A stretch of DNA of 64,000 nt from Promethearchaeota archaeon (lineage in GTDB: Archaea; Asgardarchaeota; Lokiarchaeia; Sigyniarchaeales; SOKP01). Positions 51,544 through 62,304 of this stretch are shown one piece after another. A model generated the notes under the pieces. It ran no database searches. It was given only the letters and a program-made list of their open reading frames with translations, and had not been told where the DNA came from. The stretch spans positions 582,410 to 646,409 of the forward strand of contig JAHPZA010000009.1 of NCBI GenBank assembly GCA_019058445.1, given 5' to 3'. Both the position numbers and the translations under genes were made by a program. Numbering within the stretch: position 1 is the stretch's first letter; each line of letters begins with the position of its first letter.

Positions 51544-52347
51544 TTATAAAAAATCAAAGATTTTCTTTTGTGTATCGAAACGTTTTATCGATAAATTAAA
51601 CCTTTTTTTCAGCTCATTTGCTGATTCGGGAGCAAAACCAGCGAAGTGATTATTTACAATAATAAAAATTTCATAGATTTCAGATGATTTTAATAAATTA
51701 TTAACATTTTTATTTAGATCAGCTATCGCAGCTTCTTGTTTTCTTTGGATTCGATTGAAGACATCTAACTCACGATCTCCTATCAATCTAATATAGTATA
51801 CTTTTTGGTTAGGCATGTAATAGGGCTTAATTCCAGGTATATATGTAGTTCCGAGAATGATTTGTGATCCGTTAATGATTTGAGACAGAATTTTGTTCTC
51901 AAACCATGAATTATCTCGTAATTCAATTACATAGCTATATTTGGATGGAATTTTGTTTAAAAGGTTTGATAATTGTTTATAATGTTTCTCAGAATACTTA
52001 AACCAAGGAGGAAATTGTAAGAGAAATTTAGATGTTTTTTCTTCCAATTGTGCCATACGGGAAAAAAATTGCACTATATAAGTCTCTAATTCAGGATCAT
52101 TTAGATTATGTGATATTTTTTGCCACACTTTAACAACAAATATAAATGATTCTGGAGTCTTTAAAGCCCAATTCTGTACAATTTCTGCAGAAGGTAAGTT
52201 GTAAAATGTTGAATTGATCTCTACTATATCAAAATATTGGGTATAATACTCTAAATGCCGGTACCTCTCAAGTGTTTTAGGATAAAAGGGACCAATCCAA
52301 TCCTTATAATCCCAACCGGCACATCCAATAAAAAATTTTATCTGCAT
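51544..52347 (-). CDS. DUF72 family protein
   Basis: GCAGWDY..W.G.FYP, VEINSTFY, LLQFPP, NNH..G.A. Confidence 0.92.
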   Translation of the reverse strand: MQIKFFIGCAGWDYKDWIGPFYPKTLERYRHLEYYTQYFDIVEINSTFYNLPSAEIVQNWALKTPESFIFVVKVWQKISHNLNDPELETYIVQFFSRMAQLEEKTSKFLLQFPPWFKYSEKHYKQLSNLLNKIPSKYSYVIELRDNSWFENKILSQIINGSQIILGTTYIPGIKPYYMPNQKVYYIRLIGDRELDVFNRIQRKQEAAIADLNKNVNNLLKSSEIYEIFIIVNNHFAGFAPESANELKKRFNLSIKRFDTQKKIFDFL

Positions 52348-52435
52348 AAAAAAATATATTTTTAAAGCATTATATATAGCATATATATTGCTAATTGAAA
52401 TTAAATGTTTTATCTTATAAGTAAAAAGTGCCGCA

Positions 52436-53992
52436 TTGATGAATTCAAGAGAAACTATTTTTGATGTAGCGAATTTTAGAAAATGGAAAGAATCATCAAT
52501 GGAGCGTCATGATCTTTATAATTTTGAGTCAAAAATAGATTATATCTTTGATAGAACTCCTACCGAAAAAGAGTCTTCTTATCTGCTTGAAGTGTTTTTT
52601 TTTATTCCAGAGAGCCTCCAAATTAATAAAGAAAGCTATTCTAAGGAACAATTTTTTTTAGATTTAAATAATCGAATACGCTTCAAAACCCCTCAGATGA
52701 CCATAAAAGGGCTACTTGACGAGCAGAATAAATTATCCCCTATATATGTAATTTTAAAAAAATTAAAAGAGATACAATATGGAGAAATCTCTCATGAAAC
52801 AAATATTCGCATTGAGAGAGAAATAAGATTATTAGCGTGTATAGTAAAAGTATCATTAAGGGATCAATTTTCTTTTATTTTAACATTTCAACAAAAATTG
52901 AAGAAGCAAGGTAATCTTGCTATTGTTATTAGCAATTACTTGGATGACATTGAGGAATTGGAGGCAAAAATGAATTTATTAAGAGATATGTTTTCCATTT
53001 CACAAATTCCATATAAATTACGAGAAGCACTTCAATATGCTGATGAATATATTAGCCTTCAAATAAAAACATGGATGGCTCAAGCCATTAAAGAGTTAGA
53101 AAAACAAATTGATAACAATATTCGCGATAGAATGATCCAAATAATTGAACGGGAACAAGATTTTAGAAGAATTATCAATAGTCTACTGATTTTAGAAGAA
53201 AATTCTGAAAATGAAGCATTTACTTACTATGAAAGTATCTTAAAAAAATATGTTCAAGGGGTCTTATATTTAGAAAAAAAAAAAAAAGATCCGAAATCCC
53301 GCTCTTTGGAACTTTTATATTCGGTGGCGGCTGGATTTGCGATGTTTATATCACTGTTCCTAACAGTGTTATTACTTAACGCTTATGATGTCAATTCAAT
53401 CCCCTTTATAATATTAGCAATTGTAATTTACATTTTTAAAGACCGAATAAAGGAAATTTTTAGAGGAGTTTCACAAAAGGCTGTTGGATTGGTCTTTCCA
53501 GACCAAAGAGTCGATATTGAAGATAAATTTTATCAAGTGACAATTGGAGAGAGCCGAGAAAAAGTAAGTTTTATGGAATGGGAGGATGTCCCAGATGAAA
53601 TACTTGGAGTGAGAAGCTCAAGTGATAAAAGTCCTTTGGAGGCAGAAGGGAAACCAGAGGTGGTTCTTTCCTATATGCAGAAAATAACCTTATTAAATGA
53701 AAAAATTGATGAAATTCATAAAAGAAAGAAGGATCTTTCAAATATTATCAGATTTAATATTCAAGATTTTTTAAAATATGCTGATGATCCTATTCAACAC
53801 GAACTTCTTTGGAATAATAATACAACTGAAGTTGAAGATATTTTAATTTCAAAAGTATACCATCTTAATATAGTCCTAAAACTTTCTTCATATAAGGGAA
53901 AGGAAATCAAGAGACTCTTTTTTAAGAAATTTAGAGTAATTCTTGATCAAAAGGGTATAAAGAGAATAGAAGAACCGGATATTACCTTATAA
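52436..53992 (+). CDS. Hypothetical protein with a central TM pair
   Basis: 518-aa ORF with two hydrophobic helices near residues 295-335. Confidence 0.75.
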   Translation: MMNSRETIFDVANFRKWKESSMERHDLYNFESKIDYIFDRTPTEKESSYLLEVFFFIPESLQINKESYSKEQFFLDLNNRIRFKTPQMTIKGLLDEQNKLSPIYVILKKLKEIQYGEISHETNIRIEREIRLLACIVKVSLRDQFSFILTFQQKLKKQGNLAIVISNYLDDIEELEAKMNLLRDMFSISQIPYKLREALQYADEYISLQIKTWMAQAIKELEKQIDNNIRDRMIQIIEREQDFRRIINSLLILEENSENEAFTYYESILKKYVQGVLYLEKKKKDPKSRSLELLYSVAAGFAMFISLFLTVLLLNAYDVNSIPFIILAIVIYIFKDRIKEIFRGVSQKAVGLVFPDQRVDIEDKFYQVTIGESREKVSFMEWEDVPDEILGVRSSSDKSPLEAEGKPEVVLSYMQKITLLNEKIDEIHKRKKDLSNIIRFNIQDFLKYADDPIQHELLWNNNTTEVEDILISKVYHLNIVLKLSSYKGKEIKRLFFKKFRVILDQKGIKRIEEPDITL

Positions 53993-54028
53993 TTTTACTT
54001 ATTTCTAACAAAAATCTTTAATATATCT

Positions 54029-55156
54029 TTGATATATGTATATTTAAGCATGGTTAGGTTAAAATGGGAAAACAAAAAAGACTTTTCGGGGAGAATTCTA
54101 GAAAATACACAATATTATAAAGACAAATTTAAAAAAATCAAAATAACAACCTTCAATTCTTCAAAGAAATTAATTAAGGGAAAAGAAACAACGCATTGGA
54201 CCAATAAATTAATATGGGGAGACAATCTTAAGGTCCTTTATTATCTTTTAAATGATTTCAAGGAAAAAATCGACTTAATATATATAGATCCTCCATTTTT
54301 TTCTGGTACTAATTATCACATAGAAATTAAAAGTGAGGCACGAGAATTTAACGCTATTGCTTATAATGATTATTGGAAGAATGATTTAGATTCTTATTTA
54401 GAAATGATTTATGAAAGGATAGTACTATTTAAAAAATTACTGTCAAAAAAAGGATTAATATTTGTCCACTTAGACTGGCATGCGAGCCATTATATAAGAG
54501 TAATATTAGACGAGATATTTGGACAAAATAAGTTTGTGAACAATATTGTATGGCATTATTATAATAAATATTCAGCAGGAAAGACCAATCTTCCACGAGC
54601 TCATGATGATATACTAGTTTATTCCAAGACTAATAAATATACATTCAATGAGCTTAGAATCCCTCGCGATAAACCAATAAAGCAATTAAAAAGAGAAATG
54701 GTAAATGGAGTTTTAAAGAATGCCAAAGACGAGAATGGCCATGTTATATATAGAACTGTAAAAGATAAAAAAATGGATGATGTGTGGAGAATTCCATGTA
54801 TGCAACCTGCCTCAAAAGAATGGACAGGTTTCCCAACTCAAAAACATCATGAATTGCTAAAAAGAATAATCAAGTTAGGAAGTAATAAAGGAGACATAGT
54901 TGCTGATTTTTTTTGTGGTTCAGGAACAACATTATTAACTGCAGAAAAGTTGAATAGAAGATGGATTGGTTGTGATATCTCGGAATATTCCATTTATTTA
55001 ACTCGCAAGAGATTGATGGCCTATTTTGAAAATAATAAAAACAGCTTTAAAGATGATCATCCCTTTGAGTTATATACTCATTTAAATGATGAGCGTGTTA
55101 ATATTATCAATTCTGGTTTTTTCGAAAAAGAATTAGCGATTAGAAGGAAGAAATAA
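54029..55156 (+). CDS. Beta-class N6/N4 DNA methyltransferase (Mod-like)
   Basis: GDNL, IYIDPPF, FPTQK, DFFCGSGTT. Confidence 0.93.
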   Translation: MIYVYLSMVRLKWENKKDFSGRILENTQYYKDKFKKIKITTFNSSKKLIKGKETTHWTNKLIWGDNLKVLYYLLNDFKEKIDLIYIDPPFFSGTNYHIEIKSEAREFNAIAYNDYWKNDLDSYLEMIYERIVLFKKLLSKKGLIFVHLDWHASHYIRVILDEIFGQNKFVNNIVWHYYNKYSAGKTNLPRAHDDILVYSKTNKYTFNELRIPRDKPIKQLKREMVNGVLKNAKDENGHVIYRTVKDKKMDDVWRIPCMQPASKEWTGFPTQKHHELLKRIIKLGSNKGDIVADFFCGSGTTLLTAEKLNRRWIGCDISEYSIYLTRKRLMAYFENNKNSFKDDHPFELYTHLNDERVNIINSGFFEKELAIRRKK

Positions 55157-55184
55157 ACCAATTAAACATTAATAATATAGGAAA

Positions 55185-56381
55185 ATGTATAAAAAACTAA
55201 ATGAATATGATATAACTTTAGAATCCTATAACTCGATTAAAAAGAAATTTAATTATTTAAAGGAATTAATTCCTAAAAATCGCTGTTTTATGGGATGGGA
55301 TGGGTTTATTGATCATTTATATACTGTTATTCAAGCTCGTGAAAGTCTAAATAAATGGACTCCAATTGATCATATGAAAAATTTTGGTAATCTAATCACC
55401 AGAGTCGCCGGCAGTTCAATAGGTATTGAAATGATATTAAAAAGAAGAGCAATTGGGGGATTCACTTCTAATGTGTGTAAAGGTATGAATACACTTGGAA
55501 TTAAAATGACTTTAGCTGCTGCCTGGGGTTATCCTAATCAGTTAGCGATTTTTAAAGATTTTTTAAACAAAAGAGAATCAATTGACGTAAAATCCTTTAC
55601 AGAACCAGGAATTACTATGGGGCTTGAATTCAATGACGGAAAGATAATGTTGAATAATGTTGAAAGTATTTTAAAAATCAATTGGGGCATCATAACTGAA
55701 AGGATTGGTATTGAAAATCTTCTGGATCAAATAGAGAAAAATAATTTAGTTGGATTGGGGTATTGGGCACTAATCTTACAATTTGAGGATATTTTACGAC
55801 GAATGCTTGTTGATGTGTTTCCATCTATTTCAAATCTAAAAAACAAATTGCTTTTTTTTGATTTAGCTGATGTTAAGAGACGAACGCAAAATGATCTCAT
55901 CTTTTTTTTAAAATATCTTCCTAAAGTTGAGGACGAAATTCCATTGATTTTAAGCTTAAATGATCAAGAGGCCAAAGATGTGCTATCTGCTTTACAGTCA
56001 GCGAATTTAATAAAAATTAAAGGGAAAAATGTTGAGGATTTAACCGATGCTGGTATTTATATAAATGATTTTCTTAACATTTCATATGTTATCATTCATT
56101 CACCTCATTTTGCTACAATTACTAGTAAAAATGCCCATTTTTGGGTTACCGAAGGGTATACTTCACAACCCCGATATACAACCAGTGCAGGAGATCATTT
56201 TAATGCGGGAACGGTACTTGGTTTAGCATGTAACTTATCACCTGCAGAGTCAATTCTCATGGGAAACGCTCTTACAGCGATTTTTGTGAGAACTGGAAAA
56301 TCTCCAAATATTAATGAATTATTTCAATACATTCAAAAATATATGGAATATATTGAAAAAGACAATCCAAATTTTCCTTAA
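55185..56381 (+). CDS. PfkB/ribokinase-fold carbohydrate kinase-like protein
   Basis: TSAGDHFNAG, LNDQEA. Confidence 0.75.
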   Translation: MYKKLNEYDITLESYNSIKKKFNYLKELIPKNRCFMGWDGFIDHLYTVIQARESLNKWTPIDHMKNFGNLITRVAGSSIGIEMILKRRAIGGFTSNVCKGMNTLGIKMTLAAAWGYPNQLAIFKDFLNKRESIDVKSFTEPGITMGLEFNDGKIMLNNVESILKINWGIITERIGIENLLDQIEKNNLVGLGYWALILQFEDILRRMLVDVFPSISNLKNKLLFFDLADVKRRTQNDLIFFLKYLPKVEDEIPLILSLNDQEAKDVLSALQSANLIKIKGKNVEDLTDAGIYINDFLNISYVIIHSPHFATITSKNAHFWVTEGYTSQPRYTTSAGDHFNAGTVLGLACNLSPAESILMGNALTAIFVRTGKSPNINELFQYIQKYMEYIEKDNPNFP

Positions 56382-58316
56382 TTATTTAATTTGGGTAATA
56401 TTGACTCGATGTATTCCATCTTCTTTTATCTTAATGAGTATTAATTGATCATTTTCTTTCTTTTCAACAATTCCCTTATTTATTTTAATCTTAAAGCCTT
56501 TAGGATATTGAATTTTCGGGATATAAAGAATAGTAGGTGCTTGAATAGATGAATCTCCATCAAATTCAAAATAAAAAGATCCTTCTTTAAGGTTAAATTT
56601 CATATTCATTGGAATTCCCGCACAATGTAGAAAATGAGGGCGGCAAAATCCTTTAACTGCCCTTCCACCGCTGTTGATATCACTTGGATCAAGCTGCTGA
56701 TCTCTGCTAAATATAGATAAATCCTCTAAATTCCACAAATCCCCCCATTCATTACAATTATCAGATGTATAGTTCCATTGGGTGCCATGGAGCAAATGCA
56801 TATCCATTGCGTCATAGTACATGGTCAGCATCTCAATATTTTTTTTAAAGGCTTTTTGCCCCTTTTTCTCATACATTTTATAAGCTTTTTTATTCTTAAG
56901 GTCATAATGAAGTCCAAACTCTCCTAATAACGTGGGGACACCTCCTGCGATGATTTTCGAAACATTTTTTATGTTTGCTAATTGGCGATTAAACATTTCC
57001 TGTACATTTTTTTTTCCAAATACAAGCTTATCTGTCATGATATCAAAATTCATCCTTATCCAAGCTCTTTTTGTTGTCGCTGAAGCTGCATCATACCAGT
57101 GTGCGGCATTTACATACGGACCTTCATTTTGAGGTAAGTCAAAATTAGTTTTTTTACCCATTATCATTGTAACTTCAGGTCCTTCGAAGAATATGATTGA
57201 GTTGGGGATAATCGCTCGAATTTCTTTTGAGAACATCAAAATAAATGGTGATAAATAATCTTTATAGAAATCTACCTTTTTTTCATCAAAAATTGTGAAA
57301 TGGTCATTATTTAGGATTATAGGGTTCTCATTCTCATCTAAATCCCATATTCCTTCTCTACGCCAAATATCTTGAGCTTCTTCAAGCCAACATGAAATCT
57401 TGTTCTGGTTTAAGGTATCCTTTCTTGTTTCCTTAATTGAAGTAAGTTTAATTTCTCTATATGGAATGGTTCGTGAATATCCTGCTGCTGTCACCATAGC
57501 GTCAAAAGGAGTAAATGCATGCCCTAAAACTTCAGAAAATCCTTCCTTTCCACTACTATCTACTTTATCTTCAATCCATCCCTTCTTAGGCTCATTTAAA
57601 CTGTCAAATCCAATAATTGAAGAGAAATCTTTTACATTATTTGCGATTTGTTTGACTGCTCCGATATAGTGTTGTTGAAAATAGTCTTGGACATTTATAC
57701 CATCTATCTTACAGGAAGGAGCAAAATTTCTTCCCCCAAAAAACAGCGTCCACATGGTAGCATTGGCAAATCGAACATTATTATTATCCCAATACATTAC
57801 TGGATATGCTTTAGGATTATTTGAGTCATATCGATATTGCATAACAAAAGCAGCTTCACTTTTATCGAATTTTGTAAAGTCCAATCCTACTTTTTCAAAA
57901 AGCCAACCAGGGGCTCCATCACCCCCGGTCATTCTACTCCACACATCTTGATGGGGATCAATAAAAATATAAAATTCATATGGTTCAGCAATCTTCAAAA
58001 CTTCTTCTATATAATCTAAATATTCTTTATCATATTGTTTTGGACCTTTATGTTCTATTGCCTCCCATGTGATTAAAAATCTAAGACAATTAAATCCCCA
58101 GTGTTTTATACGACGAAAATGCTCATCTGCCTCTTTTATTGGAAAAGGTCTACCAACAAATGAAACATCTCTATGATCTCTAAAATCTGTCTCTATATGT
58201 GTTGCTCCATCTGGAACTGTAGGAACTTTTGAGCTCCCACCTAAATTTACACCTCTAAGTAAGACAGTTCTACCATTCTTATCTATGAACCATTCATTTT
58301 TAGTGGTTATTGTCAT
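56382..58316 (-). CDS. GH5 endoglycoceramidase/glucosylceramidase-like hydrolase
   Basis: LRGVNLGGSSK, TWEAIEH.GP, DPHQDVWSR, NEP, GEFG, WNY. Confidence 0.9.
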   Translation of the reverse strand: MTITTKNEWFIDKNGRTVLLRGVNLGGSSKVPTVPDGATHIETDFRDHRDVSFVGRPFPIKEADEHFRRIKHWGFNCLRFLITWEAIEHKGPKQYDKEYLDYIEEVLKIAEPYEFYIFIDPHQDVWSRMTGGDGAPGWLFEKVGLDFTKFDKSEAAFVMQYRYDSNNPKAYPVMYWDNNNVRFANATMWTLFFGGRNFAPSCKIDGINVQDYFQQHYIGAVKQIANNVKDFSSIIGFDSLNEPKKGWIEDKVDSSGKEGFSEVLGHAFTPFDAMVTAAGYSRTIPYREIKLTSIKETRKDTLNQNKISCWLEEAQDIWRREGIWDLDENENPIILNNDHFTIFDEKKVDFYKDYLSPFILMFSKEIRAIIPNSIIFFEGPEVTMIMGKKTNFDLPQNEGPYVNAAHWYDAASATTKRAWIRMNFDIMTDKLVFGKKNVQEMFNRQLANIKNVSKIIAGGVPTLLGEFGLHYDLKNKKAYKMYEKKGQKAFKKNIEMLTMYYDAMDMHLLHGTQWNYTSDNCNEWGDLWNLEDLSIFSRDQQLDPSDINSGGRAVKGFCRPHFLHCAGIPMNMKFNLKEGSFYFEFDGDSSIQAPTILYIPKIQYPKGFKIKINKGIVEKKENDQLILIKIKEDGIHRVNITQIK

Positions 58317-58381
58317 AATAATTCAATATTATCAATTCTAATTCAATTTAATTAGTAAAATTAAAGAATGGAATATTGGCT

Positions 58382-59839
58382 TTAATATTTCATTTTTTTA
58401 TCAGCTTCTTTCTTATAGTACCAATCGGAGTGTCTATCAAAAGAAGTCTTATCTAAAGTAATTAAAAGATCATTTTTAGCATCAACTTCAATTATTTTAA
58501 ATAATTCTTTACAAATATCTGGATTATCTCCTGAAATATCTTCATTCCATTCTGGATCTTTTGAGAGATCAAACAATTTTTGATTATTTCTATTATTAGA
58601 TGTAATTAATGCGTAATGATCATCTTTATATAAAGAACAGTCACTAAAACCACATGTAATATAATCTCGATTTTCTAATACTAAATCGCTTTCATCAATA
58701 AATATGGAAAGGTCTAAGCCTTCAAAAACTTCGGGTTTAGCTTTTCCTAGAAATCCAAAAATAGTGGGTAAAATATCATGAACGTAAGCATAGCTTTTTT
58801 TTATACGTTTAGACCCTTTAGTAACCCCAAGGGGTTTAATCATGAATGGAATATCTACTAGTTCAGGGTACATGCACATAGGTATTTTTCCAAAAGCTCC
58901 ATGGTCTCCAATACAATGTCCATGATCACTTAAAAGAATAATCAAAGAATCCTCGTATATCTCCATTTCTTTTAATTTATTAATGAAAAATCCAAACCAA
59001 TTATCACATAATGAAACTTCTCCAGCGTAACTTGCTCTCATAAATTTTATCTCGTCGTCGGAAAAAAAGTTTTTATTTTCGTTATAGACTGGATGAATTA
59101 TTTTGTTCCCTGAATAGTTTTTATCGCTATATAAATTCAAATATTTCTCAGGGGGATCCCATGGTTCGTGCGGATCAAAACTATCTATTAGAATAAGAGT
59201 GTTTTTAATGTTTAGCGTATCCTCAACGGATTTTAACGCAGTATTGAAAGTTTGGGCGGGAAAATATTCGATTTCTTCGTTTCTGTCCTGTATATTAGGT
59301 AAATACCATTTTAATACATTCTTTAAATATTGGATTGCCGCTCTATTTTCTTTTGTTTTAGCGGGCACATGATTTTTAAGTTTTGCATTAAATAGATTGC
59401 GTTGTCCTCTCTCCAATGCCCTATATCTATCGTATTCTTGTCCGCGAATCCAATGCCATTCGTGAAATGCGAGATGATAATTCATATTTGGCTGAAAATG
59501 ATGGTATGTGCTGGTGACAAAAGAAGTAATATATCCAGCATTTAACATATATTCTGCTAAGTGAGTTTGATTAGGAGGTATCGGGTTCCATCCAGCAGGA
59601 TCTAAACCCTCTATATTTCTAAGTTTTGGTTTTTTGTGATTAAAAGGAAATGTCCGGATTCCGGTATGAATAGCTCGACGTACGGGAAGCGTAGGCAGAG
59701 ATTCTGGATAAGCTTTATCAAAAACGATACAATCGTTCGCAAATGCGTCAATATTTGGGGTTTGTATCCAATTGTTCCCATAGGTCTTTCCTGAATGATC
59801 CTTTCTTAATGAATCAAAAATAATAATAAAGATCTTCAT
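58382..59839 (-). CDS. Sulfatase/alkaline-phosphatase superfamily hydrolase
   Basis: DSLRKDH, TLPVRRAIHTG, FDPHEPW, SDHG. Confidence 0.9.
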   Translation of the reverse strand: MKIFIIIFDSLRKDHSGKTYGNNWIQTPNIDAFANDCIVFDKAYPESLPTLPVRRAIHTGIRTFPFNHKKPKLRNIEGLDPAGWNPIPPNQTHLAEYMLNAGYITSFVTSTYHHFQPNMNYHLAFHEWHWIRGQEYDRYRALERGQRNLFNAKLKNHVPAKTKENRAAIQYLKNVLKWYLPNIQDRNEEIEYFPAQTFNTALKSVEDTLNIKNTLILIDSFDPHEPWDPPEKYLNLYSDKNYSGNKIIHPVYNENKNFFSDDEIKFMRASYAGEVSLCDNWFGFFINKLKEMEIYEDSLIILLSDHGHCIGDHGAFGKIPMCMYPELVDIPFMIKPLGVTKGSKRIKKSYAYVHDILPTIFGFLGKAKPEVFEGLDLSIFIDESDLVLENRDYITCGFSDCSLYKDDHYALITSNNRNNQKLFDLSKDPEWNEDISGDNPDICKELFKIIEVDAKNDLLITLDKTSFDRHSDWYYKKEADKKMKY

Positions 59840-59924
59840 AATTGTATAAGCTTTATCTTAAAATTTTAATAAATGTTTTGCGTTGTTCCATAAATTTTTA
59901 TTAAACAAAGAAAAAAAGAAAAAA

Positions 59925-61361
59925 TTAGGGTGATTGATTATGATAAATAGTATTATATCCTAAATATCTAAAAAGCGCTTCATAGACTATATCTCCCACT
60001 TTATTTAAGTTTGCAGCGACATGATGGGCAAATCCACCTAAACATACAGATTTCAATAATTCTTGTAGGTTTGGAATTTCAACTACACCATAACCACCAA
60101 AAGTTTCTAAAGGGTCATCTGTATATTCCCCTTCAGCTATTAACGCTTTCATTTCTCCAAAAATATCATCAGTTTCGATTCTGAGCATTGTACATGGTCG
60201 AGTTTTTATTCTTCCTTGAATCGCGCCAAATGAAACCTCACCTCCTTTTGAATCTGCAATAATTGGATGAATAGTCATTCTAGTATCTTTAAAAAACGAT
60301 TTAGGAAGATTACTGCAGTGGAAAAGCACCATTTTATTTGGATCATCACCATAATTGTTATTCCAATCTAATATTGCTGAAGGTGTATCCGAAGCATACT
60401 GTAAAATTAACATGCCTATTAGCCCGGAAATATCGACTTCACAAGCCGCAGGAACCAATCCCTCGCTAAACATACTCATAACGGCGCAGGGAACAATTCC
60501 GAAATTATCTTGGATTGAAGGCCAACATTGAAAGGCAAATCCGTCTAACTCTTTTTCAATAACCCAATTTTCAACCACGACTGCCAATTTTGCAAGTTTA
60601 AGTATACCATCTTCGGGAAACTGTGTTGTTGGTGTGTATTTTTTAATGAAATCTATTTTTTCTTGAATATTTGGATCATCATCACTTAAGCGGTTGATTT
60701 GGCCAAAAATTTCAGACAAATCTATTGGTTCTACACTTATTCCATTAAATTCTAAGATTTTTTCACTATAGCGCACAGTATTAAACGCATTAGGTCTTGT
60801 CCCAATTTGCCCTACTCGTAGATTTCTTAGTTTTTTTACAATTCTACAGATTTTCTCAAATTTTAGAAGGTCTGCTTTATATTGATCTGATTTAATCGCG
60901 CAGGTGTGATATTCCGTTAGAGTAAATGGAATCCCATACTGATATAAGACGCTTGTTACCGAGATTTTACCACAAAATGCATCTCTTCTATAGGTTCTAT
61001 TCATCTTATCAATTTCGTCTGAAGATGCTTGTATTAAGACGGGAACATTAATATCTGCCATTTTAAGAGTCTCAGCGATTCCTTTTTCATCCCCAAAATT
61101 TGGTAAAATAACCAGAATTCCATCGATTTTTTCTCTATTTGCTTTAAATAACTCAGCACATTTCTTAGCATCCTCATGGGTTTCAACAACACCGAATTTC
61201 GTAGCATTTTCATCCAAAATTATATAATCAAAGTTTAGTATACTTAAGAGTTCGGTTATTTCATCTCTGCCCTCTTTTGCTAAATGATCTGGAAAGACAT
61301 CGCGATTCCCAACGATTATCCCAAAAGTAATTTTTTCTGGTTTCATATAAATAAATGACAT
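59925..61361 (-). CDS. L-fucose/L-arabinose isomerase family protein
   Basis: NFGDE, RRDAFCGKIS, QCW, ACEVD, FHCSN, HHVA. Confidence 0.88.
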   Translation of the reverse strand: MSFIYMKPEKITFGIIVGNRDVFPDHLAKEGRDEITELLSILNFDYIILDENATKFGVVETHEDAKKCAELFKANREKIDGILVILPNFGDEKGIAETLKMADINVPVLIQASSDEIDKMNRTYRRDAFCGKISVTSVLYQYGIPFTLTEYHTCAIKSDQYKADLLKFEKICRIVKKLRNLRVGQIGTRPNAFNTVRYSEKILEFNGISVEPIDLSEIFGQINRLSDDDPNIQEKIDFIKKYTPTTQFPEDGILKLAKLAVVVENWVIEKELDGFAFQCWPSIQDNFGIVPCAVMSMFSEGLVPAACEVDISGLIGMLILQYASDTPSAILDWNNNYGDDPNKMVLFHCSNLPKSFFKDTRMTIHPIIADSKGGEVSFGAIQGRIKTRPCTMLRIETDDIFGEMKALIAEGEYTDDPLETFGGYGVVEIPNLQELLKSVCLGGFAHHVAANLNKVGDIVYEALFRYLGYNTIYHNQSP

Positions 61362-61448
61362 CTTAATCTACTTTCTTTTATAATTAGATTATGAAAATAA
61401 ATCCCCGCTCTATATTTATTTTTTTTTTGATTTTTTCAAAAAATATTT

Positions 61449-62222
61449 TTATTCTAGTACGTCTCGGGGGTAAGTTTTTTTCGCATTATCTGCTACCTTT
61501 AAATCTATTTCTAAAGTAAAAAATGGGTTTTCAGGAGATGTGGTTCCTAATATTTCTCCATTTTCAGGTTCAATGATCCAACCTTTACCTCCAAATTTAA
61601 CTCCATGTTTGCTATAACCTCGACGATTAGATGACAAACAATAAGCCCCAGACATTATGGCTGCAACTCGACCTGCTAAAAGCCATTTTTCTACTGAAGA
61701 AAATAAACTTGCCCTAGGACATAATAATAATTGAATTCCCTGCTTTGCATAATCACGAGCATGTTCAGTAAACCAAAGCTCTGTACAAATGAGAAATCCG
61801 ATACATACATTATGTAAAATAATTGTAGAAAAGTTCTTTTCTCCTCTATCATACCAAGTTGCTTCCCAAAATCCTTGCTCATTTGGTAAATAGTATTTTG
61901 TGTGCACATCTGTAAAGCCGGTCTCCTGATTCCAAGTAAATCCTTCATTGAAATGGCTTCCAGACTTGAATATCGGGCGAGTCCCTATTATTATAATCCC
62001 TTCTAATGAATGAAAACTAGGCATCCACTTTTCATGGGCGAGCACAGCATCTTTCCAAATTTGAAAATCCACTTGATCTGTGTCTGCCATCCAAGGATAA
62101 AAGGGCATCTCAGGAAGAAGGAGTAAATCACTTTTTTCATTTTTCACATGTGCTACTAAAGTTGGCCAATCCTCTTCAAATTCTTCAAGATTATCATGCA
62201 ATTCGCAAACAGTAACCTTCAT
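61449..62222 (-). CDS. Carbon-nitrogen hydrolase (nitrilase superfamily)
   Basis: LLPEM, HTKYYLP, ICTELWF (E-K-C triad). Confidence 0.92.
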   Translation of the reverse strand: MKVTVCELHDNLEEFEEDWPTLVAHVKNEKSDLLLLPEMPFYPWMADTDQVDFQIWKDAVLAHEKWMPSFHSLEGIIIIGTRPIFKSGSHFNEGFTWNQETGFTDVHTKYYLPNEQGFWEATWYDRGEKNFSTIILHNVCIGFLICTELWFTEHARDYAKQGIQLLLCPRASLFSSVEKWLLAGRVAAIMSGAYCLSSNRRGYSKHGVKFGGKGWIIEPENGEILGTTSPENPFFTLEIDLKVADNAKKTYPRDVLE

Positions 62223-62304
62223 TTAAATTTCTCTTTATCCTATGCAATTATTATTATGAAGGAAAATAACTTAACTTATCTTTTTTTGTAGTTAATAATG
62301 GAAA

